Of a stretch of DNA of 64,000 nt, positions 56,980-64,000 are shown piece after piece. Both the position numbers and the translations under genes were made by a program. Within the stretch, counting starts at the first letter, position 1. Every line of letters begins with the position of its first letter. Source of the stretch: Eledone cirrhosa (taxonomy: Eukaryota); assembly GCA_964016885.1 (NCBI GenBank), contig OZ024744.1, positions 70,742,001 through 70,806,000 on the forward strand. The letters are read 5' to 3'. The notes under the pieces were generated by a model. The model saw nothing but the letters and a program-made list of their open reading frames with translations, had not been told where the DNA came from and searched no databases.

Positions 56980-57895
56980 TGTTTAGATGCCAACACAAGA
57001 GCAAGAATAAGGGACTCATTCTACTGACATGGCTTTGAAAATGAGGCTTGTTTGCATAATTGCAAACGAATCGAATATTATTATTAATATTCGAAAAACT
57101 CAGATTACATTTATTGTATTCAGCCATGTAGAGCGAAATTTAAATATATATATACGTATAGAAATTTCGTATTTCTAAAGAACTACGGTATGTTTACAGG
57201 GTAAAACATTTAGGAAGCCGTAGCTATGCAAACACCGGGGCTAACGCCCTCTGGTGGTGTCCAGCAAGGGGGACAACCATCTATGCATTTCAGGCTTGAC
57301 TGGTCTTCACCAGGACGGTCCCTCCCACGCTTGCAACTGCTGGACTTGAGAACAGTGGAGAATATATAGTTTCTCGTCTGTGTAAATGAGGTGATTAATC
57401 ATATTTGCATGCAAAATTTCATTAAGACATGCGTTATTAAGAAAACCATGAAGGAACAAAACCAATGAAGAACATTGAACTACAGTCATGCAACCTGTAG
57501 TTTATTTACATTTATTTAAGAAGAAAAAAAAACCGGCGAGCTACAGCTATACTTGATTAGTGTTGTGGGGATTAATAGAAGACCCATGACCTAATGGTTA
57601 GGATATAACAGTTTCGGCATACCAAATTTAGTCAAAAGGCTGGTTGGTTCAAGTCTATAATACAAGACATTTGCCAAAGGTGCCACATAGAACCCAAAAC
57701 CATATGGTTGTGAAGCGAATTTCTTAATTACACTGCCATGCTTTATCATTTCAAACGATTAATTTTTCATATTTTCTGAAGACGGCGGGGTGTCCACCAT
57801 AAGGCCTTTTCATGCTTGGCCACCAGGCAGATAAACACTGCCTGTATTTCCCCACTAAAGGAAGACGGCGGGGTGATCTTCAGTGGGGCTCCGGT

Positions 57896-58916
57896 TCGTA
57901 TTTCTATCGAAGAACAAATAAGCACTCGTCGATTAAACCTTTAACTTAAAAATTATTTTGATCATCAATTTCTCTGTGGGATTAATTTTCGAAAGAAAAT
58001 AATAAAATTAGAGAACTTAATCATCATCACCGTTCAACGTCCATTTTTCCATGTTAGCTTGTATTAGACGAGTTGTCCTGTTTTGAGCAATGCTAGGTCA
58101 GGGTGCTGCGTTGTGTTCTTGAGCCATACATTTTATTTCACGTCGCTCCAGTACACTATCTTGTATTCGCAGTCGCTTAACGCCAAAGAAACCAGAGATA
58201 AGTACCAATATGATAACCTTCGGCTTACAACAGATTAATAGAAAAGACACGATTTCTTTCTTTCCTAATCTCCTATGCATTTCTGTTAGTAAGATCATTT
58301 GAAACGCTTTCTTATAGTAGAGTCAGCAATTCATTTACTTTGAACGAACGCTGCAATAGTACATATATACACGCACGCGTAATTACATTTTACAATTTAA
58401 CGTATTACGTGATGCTCAGACAATAACATAGAATTAATAAATGTGTCCGGAAGAGCCGAACTCCCACTGTCATCGCCTCCATCTCTCTCGCCCTCTCCAA
58501 CTCTCTGTATTATGAGCAAATCGGGTCCCACGTGCTGGCTGCCCCACGGCCCCGGCGTACAGCATAGAGAAAGCGTTTCCCCGGAGGATGGTAAGGGAGA
58601 TGCGCTGGAAGAGCCATTCCATCTCGCGAGGCTCACACATGCGGCTGGCCAGCTCAGCACCTATGGTGGTAATTAGGGAGGTAGCCCTAGAGCCAAGGAC
58701 ATCAGAAGTCTCCACTGCTAAGGGCACGACTGCAAATCTATCGGAGAGCGACCAATACTTAAAACGCGTACGTTTTTATGAGAAATAGATACTTTCTTCA
58801 TTTAAACATAAATTTCAAGTGCCTCGATTTTATAGTAAATTCCTATAATCTCTTGTGTAATTCTTTTTGTCAGCCTTAATCAACGGGTACTTATTTGTTC
58901 TTCGATGGAAATACGA
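57896..58916. mobile_element. Putative old TIR element with nested SINE and CRE fragments
   Basis: 41-bp inverted repeats 57896-57936 / 58876-58916 with about 4 mismatches; TSD not evident. Confidence 0.55.
58540..58790 (-). mobile_element. CRE-clade LINE 3' fragment
   Basis: PLAVETSDVLG...EPREMEWLFQRISLTILRGNAFSML. Confidence 0.8.
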
Positions 58917-59520
58917 GTCAGGGAAGACAACTATTCTTGAGTCATTGTTCATCTTAAAAATGATTGATTTCTTTCAAGAGTTATGAAGCATCTTTGGTTT
59001 CCAACAGAAGTTATCAGGTCGATCAGGAAGAGTTAAAGTTTCATATATAGCACTCAGGAAGCTCAGTGGATAAAGTAAAGCAAAATTAGCACACACACAC
59101 CCACACACATGTCTATATATATATATGTGTGTGTGTATGTATATATATATATATATATATAGATCTTTATGGGAAACTGAGTTTCAGAAGATCCCTTAAA
59201 AAGGTAAAAGCAGGGATTCTTTACTTAAACTTTAATCTGTACTTATAATATATATATATATATAATATAATATAAGATATATATATATATATATATATAT
59301 ATCCGAATTCGCAGACCAGACCGCTTCTTCCTCCCGTTAGACCTGTGCGAAATTCCTTCCTTGCTCACATTTCAACCAGGTTTGATGGTCTTTATTCTCT
59401 CGTTCGCGATTTCACCGAATTTAAATTCATAGAAATCTGGGACTTGTCTCCTTCTTCTTCACTTTCTGTTGCTTCACCATTTTGTTTGTTTACACCTGCG
59501 TCCCCTTTATTTACGTGTCC

Positions 59521-59627
59521 CAACGACTTTTTTTGGCCGTTGCTCGCACCAACCGGAGGTATATGGTCTTTAAAGCGATGAAATGCCTATGATGGTTGGA
59601 AGATCACTGATGAAGGACAAACTTTTG

Positions 59628-59629
<2 letters not shown>
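59521..59629 (+). ncRNA. Rearranged hammerhead-like RNA, copy C (in element 59303-59629)
   Basis: CCAACC-GGA-GGTA-TA-TGGTCTT-TAAAGCGAT-GAAA-TGCC-TATGAT-GGTTGG-AAGATCA-CTGATGA-AG-GACAA/TTGTC. Confidence 0.7.
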
Positions 59630-59692
<63 letters not shown>

Positions 59693-59694
<2 letters not shown>

Positions 59695-60152
59695 GTAGGA
59701 GGTGAGTTTTATTGTAGCACAATAAAGCAATGCAAATATCGTTTTTTTAAAATTTCTCTCTGTGAGACAGTGTTTCCCAGTATTAAAGGTTATCTCTCTC
59801 TCTCTCTCTCACTCATTTTCTCCTCCTCTCTCATCCTTCCTTCTTATACTCCTCCTCCGTCATCCTTTCCTTATTATTATATTTTTTTCTTATTATATTC
59901 TTTCTTCCTCTTCCTTACCTTTTCCTTCCCCCCTTCCTTTCCTTTTTTTCCCAATCTCATATATCCATCTTATTTTATTTTTAATATGTTGATTTAACAC
60001 TTCACTGCTCGCAAGTGTTTTTTAAGCTTCATATCATGTCTCCCTATTTTATCTGATGAGAACGCAAATATCATCCCATGATGATATTTGTTTTTGAAAT
60101 GCGCATAATAAAATACATGGAACTCTTTTAACAGTCTTTTGATTTTATATTA
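59693..60152 (+). mobile_element. Short relative of the 6911-10347 PLE ends with hammerhead at 60045-60115
   Basis: 59693-59741 matches 6912-6961; 60010-60152 matches 10205-10347. HHR stem II is caaatatcatc/gatgatatttg. Confidence 0.85.
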
Positions 60153-60271
60153 TATATATATATTGCCCCCTTGACCACATATGGCGAAACTGCTCTTTTT
60201 TATACATATGTACAGAACAATTAATTTGTAAGTAAACATACATATTTCAAGATGGTAAAAACCTAAACTGA

Positions 60272-60325
<54 letters not shown>

Positions 60326-60526
60326 ACAATATACAAATCACTAGCAAACTGCCTAGGGCTGAATTTTTAAATGTTCTCTACATGTTGTTAACGTTTAACA
60401 GAGCGGCAGATATTACATGACAGACCGTAATGAGTGCTAAAAATACCCCTCCAAGCAGGTCCCATCAAAGCAACTCAACTAATTTTTACAAAATTAACAG
60501 TAGAATTATGATAAATTTAGGTTTAA

Positions 60527-60852
60527 TCTATCTATATATAAATTACTGCAATTCTGTCACAACACGTAAAGAGAGAGGAGTAGTTTGACTACCTCACACT
60601 ACTACTCTCTCTTTACGTCTGCTGCGTGCGTAAATGTACGTGAAGGGAATGGTAAAAAAAACTACACTGTGTGTGAGTGTATGTGTGTGTTTGTGTAATT
60701 GTATGTATGTGTGTGCTTGTGTGAATGTATGTCTGTGAGTGTGTATTTTTTGAGTCTGTGTTTGCGCGATTATATTTATATACTCAAACATATAAATGTA
60801 TGCATATGCACATACACACACATACGTGTCATCGTGTGAAAAAAAATTCTAG
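60527..60852 (+). mobile_element. Short non-autonomous Helitron-like element
   Basis: A|TCTATCTATATATAAA start, CATACG..CGTGTG hairpin, CTAG|T end. Confidence 0.6.
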
Positions 60853-61089
60853 TATATAAAATATATATATAGAGAGAGTGAGTAACTTTGATGTAGTGGA
60901 CTTGTGTTAGAGGGTTGATAGTAGAAGGCTCGAAATTTTCTGGTATTGAACTGTATATTGTTGTTGAACAATTTGATTATGGAATTCATTCAAATCTCGA
61001 TGCAAGAGAGTAATGTCAGCTGGATTTTTGATTCTCTGAGCTACTTTCGTGTGAGTATATATATATATGTATATATATATATATGTATG

Positions 61090-61128
<39 letters not shown>

Positions 61129-61276
61129 TTTAGTACAGCATTAACGAAGCTCTAGTTCGCGGCCAAGCTAACGAATGCAAAATCGGTCTGTAGCTTTAGC
61201 ACTCGGATGGGGAAAAGTACCCCAGAGTAATAACAATACGTTTAGACAGCTTAGCAAATCAAATATATAAATATAT

Positions 61277-61472
61277 AACGAAGGAATTGTGGTAAGGAAC
61301 CAGATGGACCATAACGCACCAGAGTACTCAGTACTTAGGGTAGTAGAGTGGGTAAAAGGAAAAGGTATGACCCCGACGGCAGAGCTCGAGCCGCTTCAAC
61401 GGCAATTTCTGGACTAGTCCAGAAATAGCCGTCGAAGCGGCTTGAGCTCTGCCGTCGAGGTCATACCTTTTC
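61277..61472. mobile_element. Fold-back mini-element family F, copy 3 (palindrome 61359-61472)
   Basis: Centre TTTCTGGACTAGTCCAGAAA; homologous to 2916-3119; (TA)n flanks. Confidence 0.85.
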
Positions 61473-61865
61473 ATATATATATAAATATATACACACACAC
61501 ACATATTTGTGTGTGTGTGTGTGAAAAACAGAAATAACAACACAGTCGGTACAGTATATGGAAGGAATATATTAGGTTAACGCTTAAAATAGCAGGAAGA
61601 GGACGTTTCGGGCGCTAGTCCTTCATCAAAAGAAAGAATGGAAAATTAGAAAGATTGAAGGGACGAGCGGGGCGGAATCGGAAATAAATGTTTTTTAGAG
61701 AAAAATAGCAGGTCCATTCATTTGCCATTTCTTGGAAAACTGTTGATGCTGGCATTTTGTGTATGATATACTTTTTTTTTAGAAAAGTGGATGATGGAGC
61801 GCGTCTACCTGAAATGGAAAAAAAAAAACGTTTTGTATATAGAGATATACGTGTGCACGTGAGTA

Positions 61866-61970
<105 letters not shown>

Positions 61971-62295
61971 TATATATATGGAGAGAGACATATTTATATA
62001 TACATACTTTCACAGACATACACACACAAACACATTCAAACACATTTATATATATGCACGTTTGTTTGCGTAAACAGCTTGACAGATGCTAGACATTTTC
62101 TCATTCCTGTGAAACTTTAAGTAATGGAATTCTGATTATGAAAATGTTTACATAACAAATAAATATATGATCTACAAAACAAGTTGGATGCTCTTTTCTT
62201 TCGTTTATATATCGATCAATCGCTTTTTGGCATCTTCTCCCCTTCAGTCTACCTCTCTCTATATATATACATACTTGTATGTATATATATGCACA

Positions 62296-62870
<575 letters not shown>

Positions 62871-62889
62871 AATATATATATATATATAG

Positions 62890-63278
62890 TATTAAGGATA
62901 CTATTTATGGTTATGTATATACTAAAACCTTTTATAGTTATATATATTTTAAACCCTAAACAGTGAAAGTTACCAGTAAGATAAATATTACCAGTAAGAT
63001 AAATAACTCAATGTAATAACATCAGTTGTTCTACAGAGCAGTTATATAGAAATTTCATGAATCAAAGTTCTGTTCAAACCATTGATGTTTACATACATGA
63101 CCTCCTTTCCAACACAAGAGACATACAGAAACATATGTATATATCGATGCACAGGAGGTCATGTATGTAAACAATCATTGAAAAATTGCTCCGAAGACTC
63201 CAAATCTCGGCTTGGGAGAAACAATTGTAAGCTAATAAATGGTTTGAACAGAACTTTGATTCATGTAATTTCTATATA
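62890..63278. mobile_element. Mini-element with nested inverted repeats and variant HHR at 63188-63232
   Basis: Outer IR 63045-63083 / 63238-63277; inner IR 63086-63106 / 63152-63172; GCT-CCGAAGA-ctccaa/ttggga-GAAA-CAATTG-TA-AGC. Confidence 0.7.
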
Positions 63279-63291
63279 TATATATATATAT

Positions 63292-64000
63292 ATAAATATA
63301 AGTATGTATACGTACATACATATATGTATACAGACGTATTTACCGAACATTTATTATAATGCTCGGTTTGTTTGTAAACAAACATCCCGAATTAAGCCGT
63401 ACAGTGTTTAGCAACCATTGTTGCCCTTTTGTTCAACACTGACAAAGGAACGATGTACTAGTTTCAAGCTTATTAGCTATCGTCAGCACCGTATACCTTC
63501 CTGCCAGATGATTGAACGTCTGAAAGTATATATTTTCCTTATGCATATTAACGGTTGAGCAGCATAATTTGTATATCGAGTGAGTTAATCGGCCGGGCGC
63601 ACCGAAAACGATAAATGGAAAAAGTGAAACGAAATTTCATTTCTCACTCTTAGTACGGCTGTTACTTAAATATAAGTATGTATACGTACATACATATATG
63701 TATACAGACGTACAGTAGTATGTATATATATATACATACATGCACACATATATATATGTACGTATGGATTCATCGAACATTTATTATAATGCTCGGTGTA
63801 TTTGTAAACAAACATCCCGAATTAAGCCGTACAGTGTCTAGCAACCATCGTTGCTCATTTGTTCAACACTGACAAAGGATGTAAACAAACAGCCCGAATT
63901 AATCGTACAGTGTTTAGCATGTTTGTTTACAAACAAACCGAGCATTATAATAAATGTTCGGTGAATCCATACGTATATATATATATGTGTGCATGTAAGT
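63292..64000 (-). mobile_element. Second locus of the ~437-bp HHR unit, partial tandem with inversion from ~63919
   Basis: Homologous to 55680-56667; HHR at 63450-63492. Confidence 0.8.

Noticed and set aside
59580-59613. Canonical type II hammerhead reading (GAAA-TGCC-TA-TGAT..ATCA-CTGATGA) of copy C
   Set aside because: The equivalent positions in copies A and B lack a UH and that stem; the rearranged pairing fits all three copies.

Overview
Eukaryotic, AT-rich, almost entirely repetitive window. The microsatellite load and SINE/LINE types suggest an octopus-like (coleoid cephalopod) genome; this is inference. No host gene is confidently present, and most ORF-track entries are microsatellite artefacts. 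Contents: Penelope-like elements (PLE; one with an uninterrupted ~394-codon RT-thumb/GIY-YIG frame missed by the ORF track), Tx1/L1, RTE, CRE and R4/Dong LINE remnants, tRNA-derived SINEs, non-autonomous Helitrons, hAT MITEs and a 4.7-kb 17/19-bp satellite. The main hidden layer is RNA structure. About 20 hammerhead-ribozyme (HHR) motifs from roughly ten sequence families sit in short elements inserted in (TA)n. Several of these elements are fold-back palindromes centred on HHR stem II. The best novelty candidate is three diverged copies of a hammerhead whose core segments occur in a non-circularly-permuted order (NUH -> GAAA -> CUGAUGA), with covarying stems and a predicted kink-turn in stem III. 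All structures were derived by eye and are untested.
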